Positions 63,007-64,000 of a stretch of 64,000 bases of DNA are shown piece by piece. The translations under genes were made by a program, and so were the position numbers. Each line of letters starts with the position of its first letter. Within the stretch, counting starts at the first letter, position 1. Source of the stretch: Lama guanicoe (taxonomy: Eukaryota); contig MU053588.1 in assembly GCA_013239625.1 (NCBI GenBank), positions 3,748,799 through 3,812,798 on the forward strand, written 5' to 3'. The notes under the pieces are model-generated. The model saw nothing but the letters and a program-made list of their open reading frames with translations, ran no database searches and was not told the DNA's origin.

Positions 63007-63157
63007 GGGGAGGGTATAGCTCAGTGATAGAATGCGTGCTTAGCATCATGAGGTCCTGGATCCAATCTCCAGTACCAACTTTAAAAATAAATATAAACCT
63101 AATTACCTAACCCACCTCAAAAAAGAAAAAATCACTATAAAAAAAAAGAAAAAGAAA
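63007..63157 (+). mobile_element. tRNA-derived SINE (camelid vic-1-like)
   Basis: ggggagggtatagctcagtgatagaatgcgtgcttagc...gaggtcctggatccaatctccagtacc gives A/B boxes, followed by an A-rich tail. Confidence 0.8.
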
Positions 63158-63454
63158 ATGAAAGCCCAGCCACAAGGGAAACCACACATTCAGAGGAGAG
63201 GAAGAGTGACAAAGAGAGACAGAGACAGATTTTGCAAAACGGAGACAACATTGATTTCACACAGCTTTTCAATTCTGTTTCTTGTCCCTGGTGCAGCCCA
63301 GAGACCGAGCTCTTGCTTGGATTCTAAACTTCCAATAACGTGGTCTTTTTCGCTTGAGTCAGCTTAAACCGGTTTTATTTCTTACAACCGAGATCCCTGA
63401 ACAAAAACTTGGGAGCCATTAACGATGATGTCCTGATCACTAGCTCTGGTGTAG

Positions 63455-63690
63455 GACATTATGAGAAATGTATCTCTAGCCTCAGTCTCTGCATCATGGA
63501 ACATGTATTTCTATCCTTTGATCCCCACTGTAGGGCATCATGGGAGATACAGTCCTAGCCTCCAGTCTCTGCCATAGGGTCTCATGGGAGATGCAGTCCT
63601 GGCCTCAGTTTCTGCTGTAAGGCATCATGGGAAATGTATTTCTAGCCTCCAGTCTCTGCTGTGGGGTATCAACTGGAGCTAGGCTCCAGA
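63455..63690. repeat. ~44-bp degenerate tandem repeat (5-6 copies; catcatgggaratryagtcctagcctccagtctctgc)
   Basis: Visible periodic units at ~63457, 63492, 63536, 63580 and 63623. Confidence 0.8.
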
Positions 63691-64000
63691 TGTCACCCAG
63701 GAGAGCAACCCAAGGGCCCCTGAACTGTTTCTATAAAACAAGTAAACCTGTCTTAGGCAAGGAGGCAAGGAAGTGTCCCCCACACCCGCCCCGCGATAAT
63801 AAAAATCTCTTCTAATAAAAATCTCCCTCTGGGCAAACTTGCAGAACACCAAAACTGATTCTGTCTTCTAGCTGTGTTTACAGGACAAGAACAAGAGGGC
63901 CTAACCACAAGCAACTGGTATAAGCTGTGAACTTCCAAACTGGGACAAAGCTCACTCTACAGCTCATTACCATCTCATTGTAATAGTAAGCTCTCCACCC

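Noticed and set aside
63007..63080. tRNA gene
   Set aside because: Degenerate tRNA-like head followed by SINE body and A-tail, so it is a SINE.
59040..64000. PLAUR exons expected next to CADM4 by synteny
   Set aside because: No LU-domain coding exon is recognisable here; the gene probably lies beyond the window.

Overview
Mammalian genomic DNA, probably from a camelid (a tRNA-derived vic-1-like SINE sits at ~63.0 kb), syntenic to human 19q13.31. Gene order: XRCC1 (-, exons 1-3, continues off the left edge), PINLYP (+), IRGQ (-), ZNF576 (+), ZNF428 (-) with SRRM5 (+) nested antisense in its intron, and CADM4 (-). I rebuilt the exons by hand from GT-AG boundaries, and all genes read through intact except IRGQ. 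IRGQ carries four lesions within ~2.8 kb: a +1 frameshift, a frameshifting 116-bp internal duplication, and two insertions that are exact copies of upstream exon ends joined at splice junctions to the downstream exon. The last two look like spliced-mRNA sequence written back into the gene's own locus. This is either in-cis RNA-templated repair/retro-insertion or an assembly artefact (RNA-seq or retrocopy reads); the sequence alone cannot decide. Other points: an ATG->ACG change at the ZNF576 start, a 29-unit coding VNTR in SRRM5, antisense dual coding of SRRM5/ZNF428, clusters of ZNF143-like and octamer motifs, MSR1-like minisatellites, and a 225-N gap next to a GCC repeat at the CADM4 5' end. 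Gene names come from my recall of the orthologous proteins, not from a database search.
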